DNA of 32,000 nucleotides, taken from Thermoproteus tenax Kra 1 (GTDB lineage: Archaea; Thermoproteota; Thermoprotei; Thermoproteales; Thermoproteaceae). Location: the NCBI RefSeq assembly GCF_000253055.1, contig NC_016070.1, forward strand, positions 570,001 to 602,000. The letters are read 5' to 3'. The notes beneath the pieces were generated by a model. That model was not told where the DNA came from. It ran no database searches and saw only the letters and a program-made list of their open reading frames with translations. Shown here piece after piece: positions 1 to 8,565 of the stretch. The translations under genes were made by a program, and so were the position numbers. How positions within the stretch are numbered: position 1 is the first letter of the stretch; each line of letters begins with the position of its first letter.

Positions 1-242
1 GGGCGTTCTTGAACACCGGATCGTTCTATGTCTTAAACGAGATGCCCAAGATCCTCGATATATTTGCCAAGCTCAGGCTCTCCCACGCCCTCGAAAGCGC
101 CGCGAGTGAGGTATCAGACGAGCCTCCCCCCTCGGCCGTAAACATCGTCTCACAACTGTTGTTAGACGAGGACGTGCGCAGGGGCCTTGCGTTCGTCATA
201 AAAGTAGCGAGGGAAATAGGCGTCTCTCTGAGGGCTAAATAG
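1..242 (+). CDS. C-terminal part of a DUF1641-like protein (5' end outside the window)
   Basis: The frame is open from the window edge. The C-terminal stretch LLDEDVRRGLAFVIKVAREIG resembles the short conserved DUF1641 motif. Stop at 240-242. Confidence 0.45.
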   Translation, partial: AFLNTGSFYVLNEMPKILDIFAKLRLSHALESAASEVSDEPPPSAVNIVSQLLLDEDVRRGLAFVIKVAREIGVSLRAK

Positions 243-612
243 GAACTTGAACCTCGACTTCGACCTCGGGCGGAGTCTGCGATCTATCCACTTTAATGTA
301 GACCTCCCTAGTGGGAGACCCCAGAGAATACCCGCTGTTCAGAGCCCAGAAGAGCACAGTTGCGTAGGCGTTGTCGACCTTCTCTGCGGATCCCGCAAAT
401 TTATATACAGCCATCCTAGCAGAGGGCAGAGTCTTGTCTCCGTTTGGGTCTGGGGAGAAGACCTCGACCACCATGTTGTTGCCCTCCTTTCCGTGGAAGA
501 CTAGTATCACGCCCGGCTTGAGATCTTGCAGAAGGGCCGCCCTATTGGGGACTCTCTTCATTGCGCTGAACCCTCTAACCTCTTGAACTTCTTTGACCTC
601 GACTTGGGGCAT
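235..612 (-). CDS. GyrI-like / effector-binding-domain small protein (hypothetical)
   Basis: 125-aa ORF. Its layout (...ARMAVYKFAGSAEKVDNAYATVLFWALNSGYSLGSPTREVYIKV...EVEVQVPI) fits the GyrI-like small-molecule-binding fold pattern. It converges on the upstream ORF with an 8-nt overlap. Confidence 0.5.
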   Translation of the reverse strand: MPQVEVKEVQEVRGFSAMKRVPNRAALLQDLKPGVILVFHGKEGNNMVVEVFSPDPNGDKTLPSARMAVYKFAGSAEKVDNAYATVLFWALNSGYSLGSPTREVYIKVDRSQTPPEVEVEVQVPI

Positions 613-638
613 GGGGCCAAGGTTTATCTATCAAATAA

Positions 639-1334
639 ATGTTGATGGCCCCCAGGCCCGGAGACGTAGTGTATAAGTTCGAGGGGCCGTTGAAGCTTGT
701 CGAAATAGTGGACCGTCCAAACCGCTTTCTAGTTAGAGTGACTGAGAGCGGGACAATCAAGCTGTGCCACCTCCACGACCCCGGCAGATTGCCGGAGTTA
801 GTGAGGCCTGGAGCAGAGACTCTCGTGAGGCCCACGAGAGGCGCCAAGACGGACTGCTCCGTAACGGCAATAAGGGCGCCCAACGGACACTGGGTAGTCG
901 CGGACAGCCGTATACACAGCGCTATCGCTAGGAAGTTCTTAGGCGAGGGAGCAGAACAGGAGGTGAAAGTGGGCGGCCACAGACTGGACTTCAAGCTGGG
1001 CGATACATATATAGAGGTCAAGGGATGTACCTTGGTTATTGACGGCGTTGCTCTGTTTCCTGACGCTCCAACGAGGCGGGGGGCGGAGCACATGTCGTTG
1101 CTCAAATCCTTGATAGAGGCTGGCTACAGAGCCAAGGTTATCGTCTTGGTCATGAGACCTGATGCGTTGTGCTTCTCTCCGAACTGGCGGACTGACCCGC
1201 GGTTTGCGGGCGCGTTCGTCGACTTGATAGACGCAGGCGGCGAGGCGGCTGTATATAAGTTTGAGTTTGCAGAGGACGGCTCAGTCGTCTACGCCGGCGA
1301 CATCGGGCTGTGCCCAAACTGGAGGAAGCGCTAG
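639..1334 (+). CDS. sfsA: Sugar fermentation stimulation protein SfsA homologue
   Basis: 231 aa with typical SfsA features: RPNRFLVRV...CHLHDPGRLPELVRPG, HRLDFKLGDTYIEVKGCTL...ALFPDAPTRRGAEHM. Confidence 0.85.
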   Translation: MLMAPRPGDVVYKFEGPLKLVEIVDRPNRFLVRVTESGTIKLCHLHDPGRLPELVRPGAETLVRPTRGAKTDCSVTAIRAPNGHWVVADSRIHSAIARKFLGEGAEQEVKVGGHRLDFKLGDTYIEVKGCTLVIDGVALFPDAPTRRGAEHMSLLKSLIEAGYRAKVIVLVMRPDALCFSPNWRTDPRFAGAFVDLIDAGGEAAVYKFEFAEDGSVVYAGDIGLCPNWRKR

Positions 1335-1370
1335 GGGGCAATACATATAAATAAGGCATAGAGGACGCTT

Positions 1371-2093
1371 GTGGATATTATCTACTTAGTTCTAGCGGCC
1401 CTTCTAGGTTTAGAGATATGGACCGCCATCTACATCTACAGAGGGCTCAAGTCTATAGAGTCTGTGGTATATCCTGTGCTCGCAAACTCGATATGGATAC
1501 GCGAGAACAACAACGCGGTCGTCGAGGTTTTGGCCGATATATTAGCCGCGCGGGGGGTAATAAACTCCGACGAAAGAACCCTCTTGACGTCGCTTGTGCG
1601 CCAGTCTAGGCTGACTCTAAGCGATTTGGACAAAGCTGAGGAGCTCCTAAACAAGAGGCCGGAGGAGCTGACCTCGGAGGATATAAAGGAGTTGAAGCGC
1701 ATAGCTTCCGCTTTGTTAACGTGGCCCACGCGGAAGGCGGTGCGGTTGGCCATACGCCTGTTGTCCTATGTCTCGCAACTTGAGAACGACCGCGGAGTCC
1801 TCTCCGCGGATAAGGTGGAAGTCTCCTACATCGCTGAGACGTGTACGATCAAACTACAAGTAAAGAGGGGCGAGACCGTCGAGACGCTAGAGGAGGCCGA
1901 TGAGGAGTGTGTAGACAAGAGGGCCTCAGCCCTGAGGGAGCTCGCGCGTAAACGGGACGTTAACAACGCCAGAGATGCTCTCTCTATGTACGCGTTGTGT
2001 AAAACTAGGCAGGACGCTGGGTGTAGGTCGTTGATGTCCAAACTGAGCCCCCTGGAGAGGAAGTCGCTCGATTTTCTGTTAAATGGGCAATAG
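1371..2093 (+). CDS. Hypothetical membrane-anchored coiled-coil protein
   Basis: GTG start. N-terminal hydrophobic helix (IIYLVLAALLGLEIWTAIYIY) followed by a charged helical region. It overlaps the next ORF by 11 nt. Confidence 0.5.
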   Translation: MDIIYLVLAALLGLEIWTAIYIYRGLKSIESVVYPVLANSIWIRENNNAVVEVLADILAARGVINSDERTLLTSLVRQSRLTLSDLDKAEELLNKRPEELTSEDIKELKRIASALLTWPTRKAVRLAIRLLSYVSQLENDRGVLSADKVEVSYIAETCTIKLQVKRGETVETLEEADEECVDKRASALRELARKRDVNNARDALSMYALCKTRQDAGCRSLMSKLSPLERKSLDFLLNGQ

Positions 2094-2550
2094 ACAGTTC
2101 CCTCCCGCCTCGGTGGATCAAGTCTTGGGTCTCCTGAAGGTATTGAAGTCTCTCGGAGGCAGAACCGACATTTACCGCATAGATGAAGAGGTTGAGATAG
2201 ATTTCGATGAGCTGAGCAACGCGGTCAACGCGGCGAAGATCTTGGGGCTCGTCGTGACGGAGGGAGGGGACGTGGAGCTCACGGAGCTGGGGGACAGAGT
2301 TCTCCGCGAGGGGCTCGAGGGCGTAAGAGATCTATTAGCTAGACGTGTAGCAGAGCTCAGCCCATTTGCTGAGATTCTAAGCAGACTGAGGGCTCAGGGC
2401 ACTCTAAAGCTCGAGGAGGTGGTCAAGCTCCTATGCGCCCTGGGATACTGTGATGATATCCTTGTGAGGAGGATGTTAGGTTGGGGCGTCCAGTTGGGGG
2501 TTCTATACATCTCCTCCGACAGCGTGATGCCGGCTCAAGAAACTTCGTAA
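2083..2550 (+). CDS. Small winged-helix-like protein, AAA-associated C-terminal domain-like (PF09821-like)
   Basis: 155 aa. The pattern PPASVDQVLGLLKVLKSLGG..DIYRIDEE...AAKILGLVV..GGDVELTELG is typical of that domain. Probably co-transcribed with 1371..2093. Confidence 0.5.
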   Translation: MGNRQFPPASVDQVLGLLKVLKSLGGRTDIYRIDEEVEIDFDELSNAVNAAKILGLVVTEGGDVELTELGDRVLREGLEGVRDLLARRVAELSPFAEILSRLRAQGTLKLEEVVKLLCALGYCDDILVRRMLGWGVQLGVLYISSDSVMPAQETS

Positions 2551-2894
2551 TGGATATTTTTCTATTTAAAAATTTACAATGATCTATATCTCCATGGATA
2601 CAGATGGCGGGACTTCTAGGTCTGGGAGATGTCATCGCCACAATATCCAGCCCCAAGGTTCCCTTCGTCTAATTCTTGGCTCCGTCAGGAAATCTTGAAA
2701 GAACTCCGCCGACTTCGGCACGCCGTTCAGAGGCCACTCCGAAAAAGGCGACGATCTTGAGAACCTATAGAGGAGGGGCCGGGTCTGTTCAAGGAGACAA
2801 CCAAGTGGTCGAAGACCTTGGGCACAACGACCGCGCCGCCCTAAAGGGCGAGGCTTGTTGTTCGTGATGTCAAAGGCGGAGCATTAATTTATTA

Positions 2895-3464
2895 ATGGAG
2901 AGGTGTTCCTCTGTGTCCTTCAATTTAGTGGTCGCCACTGGGTGGCGTCAGGAGCGTATGTGTATGGAGGAGCTCTACAAGGTGGGGGACATATTGGGCA
3001 AAAGGGTAGTTGAAGTTTGGTTCACAGGCTTTGACGGCTTAATCACGGGCCGGGTTGACGGCGATCCGATTGAGTTCGTGAGAGGCCTCGCGGAGTTGGT
3101 GACCTCTGGATACTACGTCCCCAAGTATATACTGAGGGCGACGCCCATTATGATAGTGGTCAAGACCGACTTAGATGAAATAAACAGAGCTGCGGCAGAG
3201 TTGGCCGCCAAATACATAGGGCCCAACGAGAGCTTCAAGATCGAGCTGAAAAAGAGGGGGGTCAAGTACGATAGATTGGCAGTGATAGACTACGTGGCTA
3301 AGGCCATCGATAGAAGAGTAGATCTGACGCGCCCCGATAAGTACCTCTGGATAGAGATGTTCCCCACGCGCACGGGGCTGTCCGTGCTTAAGGAGGGCGA
3401 AAGCTTCTCTCTGATGAGGATGAAGGTCGGCGAGGGCCATGGAGGAGGGGAACAGAGCAGTTGA
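2895..3464 (+). CDS. THUMP-domain RNA-binding protein
   Basis: 189 aa with N-terminal FNLVVATGW and a C-terminal THUMP-like pattern (FKIELKKRG...DLTRPDKYLWIEMF...GLSVL). A TTAATTTATTAA box at 2884-2895 suggests the real, leaderless start may be the GTG at 2913. Confidence 0.7.
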   Translation: MERCSSVSFNLVVATGWRQERMCMEELYKVGDILGKRVVEVWFTGFDGLITGRVDGDPIEFVRGLAELVTSGYYVPKYILRATPIMIVVKTDLDEINRAAAELAAKYIGPNESFKIELKKRGVKYDRLAVIDYVAKAIDRRVDLTRPDKYLWIEMFPTRTGLSVLKEGESFSLMRMKVGEGHGGGEQSS

Positions 3465-4047
3465 GGGCGTAAGGATAAGATACCTCCGGGATGGGTCCGG
3501 GCCGCCCATAGTGCTCCTCCACGGCTATTCCTTCAACGCAGACGATTGGTTCACGTCCGGTATCGCTCCAGAGCTAGCCAAGGAATACGCCGTCTATGCC
3601 TTCGACATGCCCTACGGCGCAAAGTCGAAAAGCTCCAGATTTAGGGCGAGCCCAAGGGAATACGCAGGTTTTCTCAAGAGACTGTTAGAGGCCTTCTCGT
3701 TAGACAGACCTCCCATAGTGGGCCCCTCTATGTCAGGCGAGGTTCTCCTGTGGTATGCGGCGTTGGGATATCCCACTGTGTTGCCAGTGGTCGTTGGACC
3801 TGTGGGGTTGGACGACGCTGAGCTCCAATCTGCTCTCTCCAAATATCGGGGGCCCCTCGTGTCCATATGGGGGGAGGGGGACAAGATCTCGCCCCCCTCG
3901 ATCTACGCGCCCCTCTTGAGGAGGCTCGTGCCCTCGGCTAACATAGTCGTAATGCCCAACGCGGGTCACCCCGCCTATTTAGATCGCCCTCAGGAATTTC
4001 TAGACGTCTTGAGGACGTACCTAAGAGAGTTTAACTACGCTACGTAA
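3439..4047 (+). CDS. Alpha/beta-fold hydrolase
   Basis: PIVLLHGYSFNADDW (oxyanion region), nucleophile elbow VGPSMSGE, C-terminal NAGHPAYLDRPQEF. Confidence 0.8.
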   Translation: MEEGNRAVEGVRIRYLRDGSGPPIVLLHGYSFNADDWFTSGIAPELAKEYAVYAFDMPYGAKSKSSRFRASPREYAGFLKRLLEAFSLDRPPIVGPSMSGEVLLWYAALGYPTVLPVVVGPVGLDDAELQSALSKYRGPLVSIWGEGDKISPPSIYAPLLRRLVPSANIVVMPNAGHPAYLDRPQEFLDVLRTYLREFNYAT

Positions 4048-4076
4048 AATTTATATCTGGCACATCCCGTCCGTTC

Positions 4077-4775
4077 ATGTCTCAGGAGGTAGTTGATAGG
4101 GCCCAGATCGCTAAAGAGGTAGGCAAAGCGACGGCGAGACTCGTCGAGTGGATAGTTCTGTACGTTGTAGTCGCTGCAGCAATAAACGGCTTCTTGATCC
4201 CCTATCTGAACAACCTATTGAGCCAAGTCAAAATCCCATATATCACACCGACCAACTCAACTACGGCGTCCCCGTCGGCCTCCTCTGGTGGTCCTCTTAC
4301 GCCATACGCGCCATACATCAACATACTACTCGCCTTGGCTTTCGGCTACCAGATAGTCATGGCCTTCGCAAACGTGATGTATTGGAACCTCCGCCTAAAG
4401 TACGACCACTCCACAGCTACGTCAATCAAGAGCATGGTGAGACTCATAGGGATCGGCGCAATGGTGGCGGCCATAGCCGGAGGCGTGGCCGGCGGAGCTG
4501 CAGGTGTCGCGCTCGGCGGCTTCCTAGCCTTAGTCATAGGCTTCGCCACACAACAGGTCCTGGGTCAGGCTATTGCTGGCCTCTATGTTCTGCTCGCTAG
4601 ACCTTTCAAGATAGGCGACATAGTGAACATCGGGGGCGACCAAGGCCCCATCAAAGAGATCACTACCTTGTACACTATAATGGACAAGGGAGACCAGATA
4701 GCGCTGATTCCTAATAACACGATAGTCGGAAGCAAGCTGTATATCCTAAAGCAGGGCCAACAACCAAAACAATAA
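4077..4775 (+). CDS. Small-conductance mechanosensitive channel (MscS family)
   Basis: Several TM helices followed by the MscS signature ARPFKIGDIVNIGGDQGPIKEITTLYT...ALIPNNTIV. Confidence 0.7.
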   Translation: MSQEVVDRAQIAKEVGKATARLVEWIVLYVVVAAAINGFLIPYLNNLLSQVKIPYITPTNSTTASPSASSGGPLTPYAPYINILLALAFGYQIVMAFANVMYWNLRLKYDHSTATSIKSMVRLIGIGAMVAAIAGGVAGGAAGVALGGFLALVIGFATQQVLGQAIAGLYVLLARPFKIGDIVNIGGDQGPIKEITTLYTIMDKGDQIALIPNNTIVGSKLYILKQGQQPKQ

Positions 4776-4776
4776 G

Positions 4777-5625
4777 CTATATTTTTTCGAATATTAATGC
4801 ATAAATATGTCCAAGATCGCTATATTCTACTTCTTTCATTTTGGCGAAATATCTTCTCACTTCGTCGGGGCTCATCTTGAGGTAGCTCGGCGGCCCGAAC
4901 AAAGTGCCCGGTTTATGTTCGATTATTAGGATATGCCCGCCCGCCTTCAATATACGCTCCACCTCCCTTACGGCGGCCTCTTTGTCCAACAAGTCGTGGA
5001 AGACGTTGGACATAACGGCGAGGTCTACGGCCTCCTTGGGTATCGACGTATGGAGCACGTCCTCTTTAAGTATGATGAGATTGGGCGCCCCTATTTTGGC
5101 CACCTCCTTTAGTGCATCTTCATCTAGATCGATGCAATATACTCTGGAGGCGAAGTCCTTAAGCACGTCGCACAGCCTGCCGGCGCCGCAGCCTAAGTCG
5201 GCCGCCACTCCTCCCTTAGGTAGATATTTCGCTATAAGGGCGTACTCGTCCTCCGAAACTCCGCGCCACATCCGACCGTGGCCATGCTCGCCGTGTGTAG
5301 GAGCCACGGCCTCCTTCAACAGCCCCTGCGCAAATAGCTTGACGGCCTCCTCCGACGACCCTTGGAAGATATAGATCTTCATGCCCCAGTTCCTCGCTAT
5401 CTGGAGACCTCTCGGGCCTATTTCGGATGCGATGAACGCTTGAGCCCCCCTCCTCCTGGCCTCGGCTAACGCCGCCGCCCCCCTGGCCATTCTGGCATAT
5501 TTGGCCGGGTTTTCCACCCTCTCGATCAATCTATAGCCCCCGCCCCCAACTTCGTATATGGCGATCTCCTCCGACTCGCCAGGTCCATCTACATAGCCCT
5601 TGGTTTCCGATATCGCTATTCTCAT
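4777..5625 (-). CDS. Fusion protein: NifX/NifB-C-like (dinitrogenase FeMo-cofactor-binding fold) domain plus class I SAM-dependent methyltransferase
   Basis: The N-terminal ~110 aa (MRIAISETKGYVDGPGESEEIAIYEV...AFIASEIGPRGLQIARNWGMKIY) match the Nitro_FeMo-Co domain pattern. A His/Gly linker (HGEHGHG) follows. The C-terminus carries SAM motif I (VAADLGCGAGR) and post-I/II motifs (VYCIDLD, LKAGGHILI). Its ATG overlaps the stop of the upstream DHPS gene (ATGA at 5622-5625). Confidence 0.75.
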   Translation of the reverse strand: MRIAISETKGYVDGPGESEEIAIYEVGGGGYRLIERVENPAKYARMARGAAALAEARRRGAQAFIASEIGPRGLQIARNWGMKIYIFQGSSEEAVKLFAQGLLKEAVAPTHGEHGHGRMWRGVSEDEYALIAKYLPKGGVAADLGCGAGRLCDVLKDFASRVYCIDLDEDALKEVAKIGAPNLIILKEDVLHTSIPKEAVDLAVMSNVFHDLLDKEAAVREVERILKAGGHILIIEHKPGTLFGPPSYLKMSPDEVRRYFAKMKEVEYSDLGHIYALIFEKI

Positions 5626-6536
5626 ATTTCCGATATTCTTTTCTCTAATTTAAAGTTTCTCACTACTTCCGCTATTCTGACGGCTTGCCAAGTCTCGGGC
5701 GGATTATGAGTTCTGACTACGTCGGCTCCGTTGAGCACCGCTATTGCCTCGGCGGCTACGGAGCCAGGAAGCACCTCCTCCGGCGAGCTGGCGCCGACTA
5801 TCCTCCTGATGAAGGTCTTTCTGGACACGCCAATGAGTATCGGTCTTCCGAGCTGTCTCAGCCTTTCGAGGTTTGCTATTATGTAGCTGTCCCAACGCCA
5901 CCAAGGCCAGTTTGGATCTCCGTGCCTTAGCTCGCCTTGGACTACGTAGGGCTCATCTCTGGGAGGAAGCACTGGAAAGCCTATCCCTGGATCCACAATG
6001 ATTTTATCGGGCTCCACTCCGCACTTAGTCGCGAGATCTATACTCTCTTTCAACGCCTCCATCACTCGGTCGATGGGATCGACGCCGGCCTTGGGGGCGC
6101 GCTCTCTAGCCATCAGTATGAGCGCTACGTCGTAGTCCTTCGCCACCTTGCACATCTCTGGATACATTTTGAGACCGGTGACGTCGTTTATAGCCACAGC
6201 GCCCGCCTTTATGGCCTCCTCGGCCACTCTCGGCCTATATGTGTCTACACTTATTGGTATATCAAAGTTTTGCGCCAGCGCTCTGATTATGGGCGTCACG
6301 CGCCTTGCCTCCTCGTCTTGCGTAACCCAAGTGTGCTTGTAGGGAGCTGTCGACATACCCCCCACGTCTATTATATCGACGAACCTCGCCCAACTCTCCA
6401 CCCGCCTTAGTGCCTCGTCGGCCTCCCTGACCACTGAGCCCGAATAGAAGGACTCTGCCGAGGCGTTGATTATACCCATGATCCTCACCGGCTCGCCTCC
6501 GCCGATCTTAAGCTTGCCCAATCGGGCGAATCCCAT
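5622..6536 (-). CDS. folP: Dihydropteroate synthase-like pterin-binding protein
   Basis: Motifs GIINASAESFYSGS, DIIDVGGMSTAPY, ISVDTYRP, INDVTG, IVDPGIGF, VRTHNP. I placed the start at the internal ATG 6536 (MGFARLGK...) because a GGAGG lies ~9 nt upstream and the 30-aa extension to 6626 is Arg/Lys-rich junk. Confidence 0.85.
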   Translation of the reverse strand: MGFARLGKLKIGGGEPVRIMGIINASAESFYSGSVVREADEALRRVESWARFVDIIDVGGMSTAPYKHTWVTQDEEARRVTPIIRALAQNFDIPISVDTYRPRVAEEAIKAGAVAINDVTGLKMYPEMCKVAKDYDVALILMARERAPKAGVDPIDRVMEALKESIDLATKCGVEPDKIIVDPGIGFPVLPPRDEPYVVQGELRHGDPNWPWWRWDSYIIANLERLRQLGRPILIGVSRKTFIRRIVGASSPEEVLPGSVAAEAIAVLNGADVVRTHNPPETWQAVRIAEVVRNFKLEKRISEI

Positions 6537-6703
6537 AAATTTATCCTCCTTTTTTCTTTTAGTGGCACCTTGTCCGCGACTTAATAGCCGCCGTTGCCGC
6601 GGACTCTGAGTACGAGAAAAGGGCAAGGGACTTCGGTCTGTCCCTAATAGACAGATGTATAACGGCCAAGGGGCTGGAGAAAGCGTGTTGTCTAAAGCTT
6701 CTT

Positions 6704-6991
6704 ATGGAGTTGGGCATCCAGTTGGCGTACTTAAGGCGGTTTCCGCCCGACAAAAGGATGGAAGTATTGAGGAGGAGGGAGAGGAGGGGCCTCGCGTTTA
6801 ATATGTCCATGTTGGAGAGGAGCGGACTACCGGGCCCTCATAAGGCCAGGATACTCAGGACCTACCTCAAGGTGGCCGCCTACGTGCACCCAACCACTAG
6901 GGCCATGTCTGACAATATCGATGAAGAGCTAGAGAGAAGAGCTCTGGAGTCCATCCACTTAATATTCAAGGCAGTAGTAAAAAATAAGTAG
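6704..6991 (+). CDS. Hypothetical small basic protein
   Basis: 95-aa ORF with protein-like composition. No family recognised. Confidence 0.4.
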   Translation: MELGIQLAYLRRFPPDKRMEVLRRRERRGLAFNMSMLERSGLPGPHKARILRTYLKVAAYVHPTTRAMSDNIDEELERRALESIHLIFKAVVKNK

Positions 6992-6994
6992 AAC

Positions 6995-7306
6995 TTGATA
7001 GTTGTGCAACGGATCACCAAGAGCAAGACCTTTGTGTTTGAGGCGCCCATCAGCGATGAGATAGTGGCTAAGTTGAAGCAGTGGGGCCAAGTATCGACTA
7101 GCGCCGCTCTGACGGTCTTCACCTTGGGGTCGGGCGAAGTTCGAATCAGGGTTATCAGAGACACCCCCTCAGTTAAGGTCAGGAGGATCTCGATAAAGCC
7201 GGAGTGCGGCTGCGTCTTAGAGCTGGACGAAGTTAGGGAGTTCGAGAAGGGCACGGTCTACTATAGATACATAGGATACAAGCCCTGCGAGGCCCATAAG
7301 TCCTAA
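6995..7306 (+). CDS. Hypothetical small protein
   Basis: 103-aa ORF (TTG start, alternative GTG at codon 4) lying 3 nt after the previous ORF. No family recognised. Confidence 0.4.
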   Translation: MIVVQRITKSKTFVFEAPISDEIVAKLKQWGQVSTSAALTVFTLGSGEVRIRVIRDTPSVKVRRISIKPECGCVLELDEVREFEKGTVYYRYIGYKPCEAHKS

Positions 7307-7329
7307 AACTTAATACGAAAGTTCTATAG

Positions 7330-8565
7330 GTGAGGCTCTACGTTGAGACGTATGGCTGTTGGCTCGCCAAGGCAGACGCCGAGATTATAGCTAGAAGGCT
7401 AGGCGGCACCAGAGTAGATAGACCTGAGGACGCTGACGTTGTCCTCATGTATACATGCGCCGTTAGAGAGGACGGCGAGATCAGACAGCTTAAGAGGATA
7501 AGAGAGTTGGCCTCTAAGAGCCTCATTGTGGCCGGGTGTCTCGCTAAGGCGCGCCCCTACACAATAAGACAGTTGGCCCCCAGCGCCCAGCTCATATATC
7601 CCAACGAGGTGGAGGGCGGACGGGAGAGAACGATGTCCGCCCTGCCGGAGCCGGACGGCTCCGTGATATATACAGTTCCACTCCAAGTCGGCTGTCTGGG
7701 AAACTGCACCTTCTGTGTCACCAAATACACGCGCGGAGGCGCTGGCTATGTCAAGAGTGCACGCCCGGACCAAGTCGTGGAGCACGTTAAGAGGGCTGTG
7801 GCAAAGGGAGCCAGAGAGATCTACCTCACCGGTCAAGACGTAATAACCTACGGCTTTGACGCCAGGTGGCAGAGAGGCTGGAATCTGCCCGATCTTCTTG
7901 AGAGGATACTCAGAGAGGTCGACGGCGATTACAGAATCAGGATCGGAATGTCGGAGCCCTGGGTCTTCGGCAAGTTTGTCGACCAGATACTAGATATCGT
8001 GAAAAGCGACGAGAGGGTCTACCGGTTTTTCCATCTGCCCGTTCAGTCGGGCAGCGACAGAGTGCTGAGGAGGATGGGCCGGCGCTACACGGCCCAAGAA
8101 TATAGGGAGTTGGTGTTGAAGATAAAGAGAGAGTTAAACGACGACGTGTTCATAGCCACGGACATAATTGTGGGCTTCCCGGGCGAGACCGAGGAGGACT
8201 TCCAAGAGACTCTCAAGCTTATGGAGGAGCTCGTTTTCGATAAAGTACACGTGGCGCGATACAGCAGAAGGCCCTTCACAGAGGCTTCGGTTATGCCCGA
8301 CCAAGTTCCCGACGCAGTCAAAAAGGAGAGGAGCAAAAGGGCCTCCTCCCTCGCATTGGAGCTCGCCCTGAGGAGGAACCAACGGTTTGTGGGAAGGCGC
8401 ATCAGAGTGTTGGTCGACGAAATAGACCACGGACTGTTGGTAGGGAGGGCGCACGACTATAGACAGGTCGTTGTGGGCCGCGGCGAGGGCCCCCTCGGCG
8501 TCTTTGAAGATGTGATGGTCGTGAAAGCAGAGCCGGTCTACCTCTGGGCCTATCCCGCCGCCTAG
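7330..8565 (+). CDS. Archaeal MiaB-like radical-SAM methylthiotransferase (MtaB/CDKAL1-type tRNA modification enzyme)
   Basis: N-terminal UPF0004 domain (LYVETYGCWLAKADAE...TCAVRE), radical-SAM cluster motif CLGNCTFCVTKY and a C-terminal TRAM-like domain. GTG start. Confidence 0.9.
   Translation: MRLYVETYGCWLAKADAEIIARRLGGTRVDRPEDADVVLMYTCAVREDGEIRQLKRIRELASKSLIVAGCLAKARPYTIRQLAPSAQLIYPNEVEGGRERTMSALPEPDGSVIYTVPLQVGCLGNCTFCVTKYTRGGAGYVKSARPDQVVEHVKRAVAKGAREIYLTGQDVITYGFDARWQRGWNLPDLLERILREVDGDYRIRIGMSEPWVFGKFVDQILDIVKSDERVYRFFHLPVQSGSDRVLRRMGRRYTAQEYRELVLKIKRELNDDVFIATDIIVGFPGETEEDFQETLKLMEELVFDKVHVARYSRRPFTEASVMPDQVPDAVKKERSKRASSLALELALRRNQRFVGRRIRVLVDEIDHGLLVGRAHDYRQVVVGRGEGPLGVFEDVMVVKAEPVYLWAYPAA

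Noticed and set aside
575-1105. Long antisense ORFs inside confident genes. Examples: 575..1105 (-) in sfsA; 7399..7836 and 8134..8676 (-) in the MiaB-like gene; 23283..23897 (-) in the peptidase gene; 27115..27552 and 29302..29712 (-) in ppdK; 5937..6410 (+) in folP.
   Set aside because: These are shadow ORFs of GC-rich coding sequence. They have no recognisable motifs and Ser/Arg/Pro/Leu-rich composition, and each is fully contained in a gene with strong family signatures.
2450-2456. C-box-like GUGAUGA strings (2450-56; similar UGAUGA-like strings near 3410, 5805 and 26630) as possible C/D box sRNAs
   Set aside because: All lie inside CDSs, and none has a CUGA D box with terminal pairing at the expected 50-70 nt distance. 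I could not support any C/D sRNA call by eye.
5622-6626. Long form of the DHPS ORF, with 30 extra N-terminal residues (MPFSRTQSPRQRRLLSRGQGATKRKKEDKF)
   Set aside because: The extension is basic low-complexity sequence with no counterpart in DHPS. The internal ATG at 6536 has a GGAGG ~9 nt upstream and begins exactly at the conserved core.
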